From the human T2T-CHM13v2.0 reference genome, Homo sapiens: DNA of 64,000 nt. The notes beneath the pieces are model-generated. The model ran no database searches. It was given only the letters and a program-made list of their open reading frames with translations, and was not told the DNA's origin. The translations under genes and the position numbers were made by a program. Location of the stretch: assembly GCF_009914755.1 (NCBI RefSeq), contig NC_060930.1, one strand, 5' to 3'. Positions 1 through 16,378 of this stretch are shown piece by piece; positions within the stretch are counted from its first letter, which is position 1, and every line of letters begins with the position of its first letter.

Positions 1-1769
1 AGAGCTGGTCATGTAGAGATAGAAGATGACCCAGGTAAGGATCGGAGGCTTTCCTCACTGAAGGTCCCTGTACAGGGATTAAGAAATCACAGCAACGACA
101 ACCTAGCAACAGTGTTCTAGACTCTAGTACAGCAACAGACGTAGAGTATAGAAATTCTCTGCAACAGTATTGAGGGAAACTCACTAGAAGCTACTATAAA
201 TACTCCAGGAAATAAGTATGAAGGTCTGAATACGAATGGAGGCAATGGGAATGGAAAAAAAAGATGAAAGGGTATAACAGAAAGGATATAGCACCTGAAT
301 GACTGTGGAGGGCAAAGAAGAAAGACTCAAAGGGGTAAGAGATGCCCAGGGGAAGGGAGCTACAACAACAAAAGCAGGGACACCAAAGGAGTGGAGCTGC
401 TTTATGGAGAATGACAATGATGAGTTTAGTTTGAGACAAGTTGTGTTTGAGAAACCATTCTAGAAGGTGCCAATGGAAAATATGAATGAAAGAGACAGCT
501 GAAGCCAAGAGAATGAGCTAAATGGTGATTCTGTGTGCATGCTGGACCCCTGAATTCATAAAAATGCCCTTTTCCTTCTTCTTTTTTAAACACAGGAAGA
601 AAACACGAGCCTCTTAGTTCTCTGGGATAGAGCTGAGCAAGCGTCAATCATGGTATAATTACCAAAACAGAGCCTTCTCATTAGATCCAGAGGCTGGCTG
701 CTGACTTCTGATTATAATTTAGTAAACTGAGGCAGGTCACTTTAAGAAAATAAGATCAAAACGACCATGCCTTTCCTTTCTGTTACCTTTATTCACTGAC
801 CAACAAATAGGCTCTACTTTCCTTTTTTTGCAGATGCCCATGCTGACTGTTACTGTGGTGCCCGCTGCTCAGTTTGCTTACCTACCTTGGGATCATGTGA
901 CTGACAATGTGCAGCAGGTCCCTTGTCTGTACACCCATTTCAGGGGAGGGGTTAATCAAGACTTGGTCATGGTAAGGGTGCTGACTGAGCACCTCTCTGG
1001 ATGGTGGTAGGCTGGACCCTCTGCAGCCATCCTGAGACCATGAGAGGTACAGAGAGCTCTAGGATTCCAGAGTGAGGTCTGTTCTGTTGAACAGACTCTT
1101 TCCTGCTGGGAGAGGTACATGTGATGCTCTGGCAGGCAGTTTAGAGTCCCTCTTCAGAGTTTAAGTTTGGGCTTTTTTTTTTAACCTTTTACTCTAAAAA
1201 TCCAGAGAAGCAATTGAAACATTAACCAGACGAACTTGGGATTTTAAATCAAATCAATTTCTGAACTGAAAGGGGCACAGCTGGAAAAGAGTTTTAAAAG
1301 CACTTGGCCCCTCCATAAAAATAAACTTTACTCTCTCTAAGAGTGGTTAAAAATAAAGGTAATGGACTTCCAGCCAGTAACCAACTTGAAGTGATAAACT
1401 GTTACCAGGGGATCCAAGTCACTAACGTGAGGGGCAATGATAGATGTAAAAACCAAAGAAAACTGAGCCTCTGGCAATACTGAATTAAAATTTGTGGAAT
1501 AATGCTATAAATGAGCCAAAGATGACAGATCAATAATGGGTTAATAAAGAGAAGTTAGGAAGACACATGTGTAGTTTACAAGGACTACATCACCATGGGC
1601 AAATCTTATTCTCTCCCATAAACTCTTCCTTGCGCTTTATGTGACAGCATCTGAGCTGGAATGGGCAAACTTCCCAATTGGGCTTTGTGACAATGACACC
1701 TCCAGACAGTAACAAGACAAATGAAACCAACATGCATACGTGACTGGAGACAGAGCAATGGCACGCATG

Positions 1770-2470
1770 CTTCTATTCATTCAGATCAAGTACATACTGA
1801 CCCCTACAAGTGTTAGGTGCTTGCTAGGCTACTACTATGGATCAAAGAGTGAGTAAAACACCAAATCCCTGCTCTGGAGCTTACCTTCTGGTGCAAAAGA
1901 ACAGTAACTTAACAGCCATGCTATGAATGGGTAATTGCAAACTGCAACAAGGGCTGTGAAAAAAAGTAGCTTGGTTTTATGAGAGGGGATAACACAGTGA
2001 TTTGATCAACATGGGTGGTCAGGGCAAACTTTCCTGAAAAGTGGCCCTTGAGCTGAGAAGGGTAAGTGGGGGTGGTTAATGAGACAAAGGGCAGAGGGTG
2101 GGCTCCAGACAGAGACCAGCATGGCATGCGCAAAGGCTCTGTGTGAGGACAGAGCATGATGGATGGTGGGAAAACAGAGGATGCCAGGGAGATGGGAACA
2201 GGGAGAGGGATGCAGAGGGAGTATGGAGAGGCAGGGGGCCAGATTGTGCAGGGCACTCTAGGCCACGCAAAGAATTCTGTTCTTGATTCAGAGAGCAGCA
2301 GGAAGCAGTGCAGGGTCCTAAGCAGGACGATACTAGAGTTGTGCTTGAAAAGTGCCACCTGCCTATAGTAAGTAAACTCATGGGAGGGCACAGAGGGAAT
2401 GTGGGGGGGTCAGTCAGTAGAGTGGAGTGGAACAGGTAAGTGATGATGGTAGGTGAACTAAATGTGATCT
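1770..2470 (-). mobile_element. L2 LINE remnant
   Basis: ATTCATTCA terminus, 'aaatccctgctctggagctt' and purine-rich L2 antisense motifs. Confidence 0.7.
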
Positions 2471-3140
2471 TGATTTATTTTTAATCATTTGGAATATAAC
2501 ATTAATAAGAAAGTTATTTCCATAATAAAATAAAAATTTCTGACCATGTACATTTTGTGTGCTCACACAGCTCACTGAGAAAGTTTTATTGAGGTATGCT
2601 TCATTTTTTTTATAACAGGCATGGAAAAAATTATTACCCTCACAGAATAACGTGGCTCCTGGGTTAAGTAAGAAAGAAGGAAATAGGAGCTCTCAGATTC
2701 TTCTTCCTGATCATTTGCTACCCAAGAGGACTTCATTTCCTTCTAGCTCCTTTAACTTCCAAATGTTCTGGGTAGAGAGGAGCCTCCCACTGGGGGTCCA
2801 CAGGATCTGCTGGCAGCTCTAAATTTAGAACTCAGGCAATTCACATACTTAGCATCAAAATCTACTTTCCACATGCCTCCCAATGTTTGGGTAAATTTAT
2901 AATAAAAACTTCCTGCAATACAAAAGATAAGTCCCCTTTAAATGTGCAGGTATGACTGGCTGACTCCTTATTGCTATTTTCTATTCTAAAATAAGCATCA
3001 GCTTTAGGTACTTCATAACCCCATAAACAAGTGTGAGTAACTGGTGTCTCCAAGTGTGGCCTAACGTATAGATGACTTCTATAGGGCAAGCCTGCTGATA
3101 TCTCATCATTAACACAAGGATCTGCCTAGGGTCAGACTTG

Positions 3141-3173
3141 GCGCACGTGCACGTACGTGTGTGTGTGTGTGTA
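3141..3173. repeat. Alternating purine-pyrimidine / (TG)n microsatellite
   Basis: gcgcacgtgcacgtacgtgtgtgtgtgtgtgta. Confidence 0.85.
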
Positions 3174-5259
3174 TTGTCTAAAATCTGCTATTTTCTTCAT
3201 TTTTCATTTTTTGAAACCATTCCTCTTACAGGTACATGTTTCTTCATTGTTCAAGTTCTAAAGCTCTTGACAAAATTAACACCAATGTTTGCCCTTTAAA
3301 AAAAAAAAACAGAAAAGAACATGACTGGCTTTTTTCATTACTGTCAAATGCTGTGTAGAAAAACGGAATTAAGTATGAAAAAAGAAAAATAAAATCTTCA
3401 TCGAGCATTTCAAAAGTGACAATTACACAACCAGAACTCATTAATTGGTTCACGCTTCTAGAAGGAACAAGCAAACATACTCCTCCAACCTGGTAGGGCA
3501 GAAAAATCTGAGGACAACAGCCCTGTCTGTTATTACCAATATGGGATTTATGCGACAGTCAAGTGCTTCAATCTTCTTGGAAACTAACACGTCACCCAAC
3601 TATGAACTATGTCTCATCATCATTAGTATCAATGAGGAAGACATTTCCTCCTTTATATCCTGCTTTCTTTCTGTTGCATCTTATTTGTGACATCAAGTTC
3701 TTTACACAAAACTCCAAATCACATGGTTAGCAGTGACCTCCTGGAACCAACCCAAAGTTTTTGTTAAGTGTGAGATTAAGAAACAAAGCAGGCAAAAAAC
3801 AAATATCAAACCTTTCTCAACATTGTCACTAACAATGGCAAAGAAGATGTAAAAAAAAAAAAAATCACAGGCAAAGTAAATTGTCTCTAGATTTAAATGT
3901 ACCATTTTTCAATCTTGCTATACTTTGGAAGACTTTACTGAGGCTATAACTCTCCACCTTTAATTTATCCTGTTGTCCTCAGCCACTGCAGCACTTAGAA
4001 GAAGAAATATTTTCCTCTTTCTACCATTCCTAGGGAATAAATAGCAGATACAGAAACAGATCCCAGGACTAAGTGGCAGTGCATTCAGCAAGGGGACAGA
4101 CAATGCTTCTCGGATATGAATACAATCATGCTGAAGACCAGGCAGCAGATGGGTGGACTCCACACATGTCTTTCCAGGTGACAGGGAGACAGTCAAGGTG
4201 CTTCTCAGGGAAGGCACAGGGGAGAAGCTTCCCAACATTAGGTTGCTGTAGAGATTGCCTGCTCCAAGGAGGTGCTCTAACCTGCCAAGTAGGCCAGGGC
4301 CCTTGGAGAGGGCAAACTCAGATGGGAATGAACTTTGGGTGTCCCAGGGAAAGGCAGAAGAAAGTACTCTCAGAGAAGCGGGCTTTAAGGAGCCCATGGA
4401 GAGAAGCATAAGGAAAATGTAGCTGGAGTGTCCTTTCCAGGGAAACACAGCTTTTGTGCTTGGGCTAAATGGCAAGGTTCTGAAGAGCTGCTGGGATATT
4501 GCTATGTATAGCACTTAATTTTGTTGATTTACTGCTGGCAGTGAATAAACCATGCCACTCTGCCAGCATATGCTACTCAAATAATGGCAAGGACAAGCAT
4601 CCATAAAACACTTATGGCTCTAGCAAAAAAAAAATTTTTTTTTTCAAGTAAAGTGTTTTTAGATTTTAAAAGAAATACATGTAAATTGGTCAGAAAAATG
4701 TTGAAAATTAGAAATAATTTCCGTAATCCCTTATACAAAGTCGACCATTATGAATATTTTGGCATATTTCCTTTTGGCTTTCTTCTTCCGTAATTCTTTC
4801 TACTTATGATAACACTTCTATAATTTTGTACACGCTTTTTAAAAATCTTAGGTATTTCCTTAAGTTATTAAAAAAACTCTTTGCAGCATCATTTTTAATA
4901 AACACCTAGATTGGGGGAAAAATTTACTCAGAAGGGAATTTAGATGATAAATCTGGCAGGAAATAGAAAGTTTGTGATAAAATTAGAAGCTAAAAGCTAG
5001 AAAGACTAGGTAGTTCCATATTAGGACTACAGAATTCTCAAGTGGAAAAAGAAAGTTTTCATTACCTAATTCTTTTTATCTAATCGTTTGTATTTGCCAA
5101 AATGTTTGCGAGGGGCACAGTTTTGGATAGATGATGGCTGAAGTCACTAATACTTTGGCAGACAGAATTACTATTCAACGGGACCATGACAAAGCAAAGA
5201 AATTGTTTAAAAAATGAATGCAAATGAGGACAATACGTGAGGGAGTATACTCTGACAGG

Positions 5260-5385
5260 AAACAAGACAGCTATATAACATGGCAGAGGCACAGCCAAGC
5301 ACACGAAAGGTAAGGAAAATGACTTGGGGTCACTGGGGACTATCAACAGCTGACTACAAGTCAGCACAGGCCGTGGTGCTTTTGG
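5260..5385 (+). mobile_element. Possible CR1/L3 fragment
   Basis: 'gaaaatgacttgggggtcactggggac...agctgactacaagtcagca' resembles the CR1 ORF2 EKDLGV..D.KL.MSQ segment. Confidence 0.45.
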
Positions 5386-5619
5386 GAATTCAGGTCCAAG
5401 ATGGCTGACATTGTAGGCACAGTTCGCTCTCCCTTCCCGGAAACCACTGACATGCCATCAAAGAAATGCAAAGAGAATACATTCAAAAAGGTTGCAAATT
5501 GGAGAGGACATTAGTAAATGAAAAATCTTGGTGAATTTCGAGAAAATGATATGCACATGAAATATTACTCATTTATAAATCGAGGAGAACTGGGCAGATT
5601 TCCATACCGAAGCAAACTG

Positions 5620-5910
5620 AGCAGGATGAATGACAAATGACCCACATCCAGCCATGTCACTGTGAAATTTGAGACTACCGAGGTGAAGAGAATATCCTAA
5701 AGGCTTCTATAGAGAAAAATAAATTACTGCAAAGAACATGAGTCAGACTGACATCAGATTTCTCATCTGCAACATTAGATACTAGAGGGCAATAAATCCA
5801 AGCTGTCAGACTTCTGAAAAAACTGAATTCTATACCCAGTCAAACTATGATTCAGATATGCTGGGGTTCTGAAAATTTGTTTTCTATATCCCTTTTCTGA
5901 AAAAAATTAC
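5620..5910 (+). mobile_element. Old L1M ORF1-region remnant
   Basis: 'aatatcctaaaggcttc', 'tcagactgacatcagatttctc', 'aattctatacccagtcaaacta' are L1 ORF1-type motifs. Confidence 0.65.
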
Positions 5911-5945
5911 TTATAGATTTGTTCTCTGCAATCGCCATGAGTGAT

Positions 5946-6240
5946 CTTCTTTCTTTCTTTCTTTTTTTGAGACAGGCTCTTGTTCTGTCACCCAGGCTGG
6001 AGTGCAGTAGTGTGATCTTAGCTCACTGTAACCTCGAACTCCTGGCTTCAGCAATCCTCCCCGCTCAGCGTCCTAAGTAGCTGGAACTGCAGGTGTGTGC
6101 CATGATATCTGGCTAATTTTTTTTTCACATTTTATTTATTTGGTAGAGACTGGGTCTCACTATGTTGCTGGGGCTGGTCTTGAACTCCTGGCCTCAAACA
6201 ATCCTCCTGCCTCAGCCTCCCAAAGTGCTGGGATTATAGC
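5946..6240 (-). mobile_element. Alu (AluJ-like), 5' end missing
   Basis: T-rich tail then Alu antisense consensus to 'gggattatag'. Confidence 0.9.
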
Positions 6241-7487
6241 AGTCTTTTCAACTAAATGTTTAGGCTCAACAGACCCAAACAAGCCATAATTGGCTTCAGA
6301 TTCACCTAGGACACAGAATGGGAAACACAGCAAGCCCCCAGGACAGCACCAGGTATTTCTTCCTTTCGGGAGTCTTTGTAGCAGTCAACACAACTGTCTG
6401 GGAGCTATTCTTTTTGGCCTGCAGGTGACAGCTCAAATAAGAGCATTAAGAATCAAAAAAAAAAAAAAAAGTATATAAGACTCAAGGAAAAAAAAAGAGT
6501 ATATAAGACTCAACAACGGGTAAATGTGGAGCTACTCTGGCTTAGAAGCTTCACATTCCAAATAGAAACTAATACTTCTTGTGACAGCTCCATAAGCACA
6601 GATCCCAGAATTACAAGGAATAAGCCCAATTACAAAAGTCTCTGCACTCAGGGAAGCACAAGGATCTATAGTTTCTGACCAGATATTTACAGTTCTCCCA
6701 GGCCAGATGCAATTTACCATTCAGGGGTAATTTTTTAAAATCATAAGCAATGTTGCTTATAATGCAGCAGACATTCCACTACCATCAGGTTTTCAGGGGA
6801 ACAGGTCTAGAAAAGTAACAGGGGCCCAAGGTCAATATCTTAAGAAAAGGGAAAGGGGTTTTTTTAAAACTGTTTACCCACATTCCACAAAAAGAAAATG
6901 AAATTGAGGAAACAGTGTTACTAATGATAGGAAAGAAGAAGAAATTTTAGGATTGCAGACATAAACAATCTGTTCAAAATCAACCAATGAACAAACAGTA
7001 TGCTTTAGAAGCTTCTGCAACGGAAAAAACTAATCAGGAACTTCAAGAAAACAAAAAGCTGTCTAATAGGAAGCTATTTAACATGTGGAATAATTCTGAG
7101 CACTTGTAAGAAAATCTAATCTGTTTCATCAGAACAGTACAATTCTTCCAAGAGGGGAACAAGTTTACTGACATATTTCCCTAACTCTAGATCCAACCAA
7201 TTACTAGATCTGTCATGAACAATGTTTATATGATCATTATATTTTAATGAGTTCTTAGTGTTTTTCCCTTTTCAGGATCAATTTATAGTTAACATATAGA
7301 TGGTTTAACTATAAGTTATAGAACAAAAAATAACTATCACAATGTCAATATAGTAAAGCAGCTAACAGAAGATGAGAAGTAGAATGGGAAAAATGAGGGA
7401 AATGTAGTGGGTGGTAATTTCTTCATCAACGTAGTAAAGAGTCGAGAAATATTGTCTATAACTGATGGATTAAAAAACAGAAGTTTA

Positions 7488-7918
<431 letters not shown>

Positions 7919-7942
7919 TCAAGGAGTTAGTAAAGTTGTTAA

Positions 7943-8262
<320 letters not shown>

Positions 8263-8314
8263 GCTTTCTACCATTTTTTTAGTTTTTAAAACTTCTCAAC
8301 TATAAAAATATTTC

Positions 8315-8770
<456 letters not shown>

Positions 8771-9469
8771 CTATAGCAGACTTAGGAGAACTATGGAGGA
8801 AAATATCCCACTCCTGGAGCAGAGAGACTAACAGAGACACTGGAGAATCTTATTTCCCAGGGATTTTTCAGAGGACAGCAAAAATCTATGTTTTGATTTC
8901 TTGACGAGGTAGAATGCTATCAAGAGGCGGAGCTATGATCTTTCAAAACTCCATATAATTTCATTTATAACCGCACGCACTCTGTTTCAATAAAGAGCAG
9001 ACTACAATTCTTGAAACTAATAGAGTCCTCTCTTGAGGTCTGCACTGTAGCATATTAGTTAAAAAGAAAAACCTTTTGCCTTTTATCATTTACATATCTT
9101 CTATATTTCTTAAGACCTAACTTTAAAAAGGGAGGTACAATACATTCAAGTTACGCCTATAAACATAAAATCATAACCTCTGGTTCCATTGATTCTTACA
9201 AGGTTAACAGGCATATTTGCCTTCTTATTACTACTTTTGTTCTTCTAATGTATTATTTATTTATTAATTTGTAAAACAATGCTATCGCATCTAAGTGCTA
9301 TACAAAGTTAAAAACATATAAATTATTTAAATCCACCAATGAAAAAAAATTTAAAGAGAGAAAAAGATGTTGGTAATTTAATGCAAAGCTACTAGAAGAG
9401 GATCTAATGAGTGAACAAGACTTTGAAATCAAAAAAGTCCCCATTTAACTAAATACAAAATGAATATGA

Positions 9470-9843
<374 letters not shown>

Positions 9844-9864
9844 ACCCACATTGTATAGCACCTT

Positions 9865-10243
9865 TGTGTTAGTCCGTTTTCATACTAGTATAAAGAAATA
9901 TCCAAGACTGAGTAACTGATAAACAAAGAGCTTTAATTGACTCACACTTCCATATGGCTGGAGAGGCCTCAGGAAACTTACAATCATGGCAGAAGGCGAA
10001 GGTTAGGCAAGCACCTTTTTCAGAAGGCAGCAGGAGAGAGAAGAGTGAAGAACTTCCAAACACTTCTAACACCATCAGATCCCATGAGAACTCACTCACT
10101 ATCACAAGGACAGCATGGGGGAAACTGCCCCCATGATCCAGTCACCTCCCTCAACACATGGGGATTACAGGTCCCTCCCTCAACATGTGGGGATTATAAT
10201 TCAAGATCAGATTTGGGTGGGGACACAGAGCCAAACCATGTCA
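9865..10243 (-). mobile_element. MaLR solo LTR (THE1/MST family)
   Basis: TG...CA termini (tgtgttagtccgttttc ... gccaaaccatgtca) with a perfect 5-bp TSD ACCTT at 9860-9864 and 10244-10248. Confidence 0.9.
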
Positions 10244-10649
10244 ACCTTTAACAGAGGGACATAAAAGAGAAGAGGAATCCAGTTTACAACAATAAATGAC
10301 AAAAGAGACCTGTGGTGGGTAAGACATGTACAAGATGACAAGCTTTGAGGAAGTACAAGGTCTGGTCTGGGAGCTGTGGACCCAATAAGCAAAGACTCTG
10401 GAAAGACAAATGCATAGTTGTTCATGGGCCGTGGAGGCCCTCGTATTGTATAAAAAGGGTTCCAGGAGCTTGGGATAAATTAACCACTTTGTTTCCCCCT
10501 TTTCATCATCTAGCTCGGTACAGTCCTCTTTAGCAGTGTTTTGAGTCCTAAGAGGCAATGTGGTATAGTGGCAAGAAGCTGGATTTAAATCTCAGCTCTG
10601 CTTCTGGAAGAAGAGGCTGAGATGGTAACAAGATCTGTGCTCCACTGGG

Positions 10650-11020
10650 AAGTGGCTACCCAACCAGGAACTGACTACATTTCCCAGCCATAGTAGCATC
10701 TAGTATGTCAATGTGACTAGTTCATCTCAGTGGCATGTGAGTGGAAGGCATGTATGCTACCCCTAGAGCAAGGCTTTTCAGAACTAGGTGTACCTTCTCT
10801 GTTCTTTCTCCTGCCAGCTAAATGTGGCTGATGCTGAGGAGGACCTAGATGGCAGAACAACAAGAAAGAAGCTGCCTCGGTTCCTGTCACTTCTGGGAAA
10901 ATCACTTAACTAGGAACACACACACTGACTGTCCCATGGCTGAGAAATAAACTGTTGTATTAAGCCACGGAAATACTGAAGCTTATTTGTTACAGTAGCA
11001 AGAGTTAACCTAACCAATAT
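10650..11020 (+). mobile_element. MLT1-type MaLR LTR
   Basis: 'ctacatttcccagcc', 'aataaact...taagccac...tttgttacagtagc' MLT1 motifs. Confidence 0.65.
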
Positions 11021-11109
11021 ATATATGCTGATAATTACTACAATAATAATGGTGATGGTGTCAGACATTGCATCAAACAAGCCATCATTAATACTGTTAA
11101 GAAATCTTG

Positions 11110-12155
<1,046 letters not shown>

Positions 12156-12531
12156 GAGAAACGCATTTGCTCCACCTTGCCTCTTAGAGATTCTGGCTCT
12201 ACACAAAGAGGTACTGATCTCTTTTCATGTACCATGATGCTAGGCTGCTCAGAACCCACAGACTCCTTCCTCCTATCTTCTGCTGCAAGCAGACAAGTCT
12301 AAACAGTCCCAGTGCCATATGCATTAAATGCCTCTGTTTGCATGTGGAGAAATAAGGTACAAGGCTTTCCTTAGTTTGAGTAACAGCATAGTTAACGAGA
12401 TGAGATAAATAAATATTGACGCTAGCCCTGAGAATGCTATGAGTGTGGGGAATAGGATAGAGCCCCATAATAACTACTGAAGTATGTATTGCTTCAGCAA
12501 AGTTCTCTAAGGAAGAAAACAATCCTAAAAA

Positions 12532-12775
12532 ATGTTCTCACTCATAGGTGGGAATTGAACAATGAGAACACTTGGACATACGGTGGGGAACATCACACAC
12601 ACTGGGGCCTGTCGTGGGGTTGGGGGGGTAGGAGAGGGATAGCATTAAGAGAAATACCTAATGTAAATGATGAGCTGATGGGTGCAGCAAACCAACATGG
12701 CACATGTATACCTATGTATCAAACCTGTATATTGTGCACATGTACCCTAGAACTTAAAAGTGTTAAAAAAAAAAA
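12532..12775 (+). mobile_element. Short 5'-truncated L1PA 3' UTR
   Basis: 'atgttctcactcataggtgggaattgaac...gtaccctagaacttaaaag' plus poly-A. Confidence 0.9.
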
Positions 12776-13105
12776 GTAGTGTGGGGTATGGTGGGCATGG
12801 CGGGGTGGGGGGTCTGAGAGAGGATTGCATAAGGAAAGTTTTTTCGCTATTTAGGCACTCATGTCATTTTCAAAAGTGTGAGTCAAATTCACACCACAGA
12901 ATAGAGAAACCCTGTTTGGTGACATCAAGTAAATTTCATATAAGTATTTAATAGTCAAAACTGAAGAGAAGATCACTGGAGTGTGTTTTCCACCTCCAAA
13001 TAAGAATGTAATTTGGCGATTCTATGAATTTTCTTTTGAGCCTCCCAATCCACTGGGAAGACTGTCTTTTCAATAGGAATAAATTCCTGAAAAGACACAA
13101 CTTAC

Positions 13106-13213
13106 TTGCAGGAGACTTTAGTTCTGTCAGCAACCATGGTCCACTGTTGCTGGTTGGTAGAAACCTCAACGTAGTAGCTATAGCTTCGATCATCACAATC
13201 CCAAAGTAGTAAC
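13106..13213 (-). CDS. BTBD9: BTBD9 next coding exon, 108 nt, phase 2 / phase 2
   Basis: Minus strand reads tttttccctttgttcAG|G TTA CTA CTT TGG GAT TGT...TCC TGC AA|GTAAGT. Translation (R)LLLWDCDDRSYSYYVEVSTNQQQWTMVADRTKVSC(K); the first G completes the split CG-G Arg codon from the 190-nt exon; strong polypyrimidine tract and consensus donor. Confidence 0.95.
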
Positions 13214-13578
13214 CTGAACAAAGGGAAAAACATAAGATTGCTGTAAATGTTTTAACTGGTTGTTTCTTTAGGTTGTGGGCATATCCCTCCCACCCACCTC
13301 CTTTGTTCAGCACATTTCTAGGACTGGACAAAGAAGGTGAATCCCAAAAAAGTATGAAGAGAACAGGCAGAGTCAGTCTGCAGTGAGAGGCTTTTTATCT
13401 TTAGTTCTTTTCACAAGTCCCCCAATCCCAGGCAGGCTCTGCCCCACTGGTGGCAAAGTTCTTTATACTGGTTTAGTAGAGAGATGTCCCCAGATCACCT
13501 TTCCAGCTTCTTCTAGCTCTCCTCTCCAGTTGGCTCGGCTGACCACTGCTCATGGGAGAAACTGTAATTTCGAGTTGA

Positions 13579-13899
13579 TTTTTATTTTTATTTTTAGAGA
13601 CAAGGTGTTTCTCTGTCACCCTGGCTGGAGTGCAGTGGTGTGATCAGTGGAGTAATCACTTGTGTAAACAGTGGAGGCTCACTGTAGCCTCCAACTCCTA
13701 GGCTCAAGTGATCCTCCCACCTCAGCCTCCTGAGTAGCTGGGACTATAGTTGCACACTTCTTTTTTTTTTTTTTTTTTTTGGTAGAGGCACAGTCTCACT
13801 ATGTTGCCCAGGCAGGTCCTGAACTCCTGGCTTCAAGTATCCTCCTACCTTTGCCTCCCAAAGTGTTGAGATTATAGGTGCGAGCCACCGTGCCCAGCC
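13579..13899 (-). mobile_element. Alu (AluJ-like) with small internal insertion and deletion
   Basis: Antisense Alu consensus. Confidence 0.9.
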
Positions 13900-13905
13900 T
13901 AATTG

Positions 13906-14218
<313 letters not shown>

Positions 14219-14429
14219 TAATTGATGATAACCCCATCACCTTTATTATCGTGTTTTAGTTTCCTCTTATTCTCACCAGGATTTTTACATAGCTGTAGTA
14301 GGATTATCTGATTTGGAGATATAGGCAAATATACATTCATTTGCAAAACTTTCATTATTTAGAAATTGATTACCTTGGTCCTGTTCTTATCCCCCTTTTC
14401 TGCCCAGATAAGAACTTAAGCATTAACTG

Positions 14430-14988
<559 letters not shown>

Positions 14989-15304
14989 TAATTTTAAAAA
15001 ATAATCTGAGCATTGCAGTACAGGATTAGTGTTTTGCTTCTGACAGTGCCACAGGGGAGACAGATATTGTTTTGTATTATTTCAACCTTAAAAGTCCTTC
15101 CCATACAAACTATGTGTTTTACTGCTTTATAGTTGGTCATATGTGTTTGCTTCTTCTACCAGCTGGCATAGATAGTGAGCTCCTTGAAGGCAGTGTCTAC
15201 GTCTTACTGATTTTTTCTATACCATTCACATAATGTCTCACATGGAGCTTAAACTCAGTCAGTGCTTGCTGAGCAAATCTATTCTTTGTAACTACAGCAA
15301 TAAT

Positions 15305-15880
<576 letters not shown>

Positions 15881-15957
15881 CAAATGTTTCCATTACTCTC
15901 AGTTTACATATCTGGTTCACAATTTACAACCTCTAACCTATCACTCTATAAAAGTAG

Positions 15958-16378
<421 letters not shown>

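Noticed and set aside
3960-4514. 184-aa ORF, and similar ORFs at 1921, 26773 and 40649
   Set aside because: No recognisable homology or convincing exon structure; lengths are compatible with chance or repeat origin.
12948-13331. 127-aa ORF as an independent gene
   Set aside because: It is an alternative frame over the real BTBD9 exon, has a non-ATG start and no recognisable domain.
13439-13457. CTCF-like motif (minus strand TTGCCACCAGTGGGGCAG)
   Set aside because: Mismatches at core positions; cannot be supported from sequence alone.
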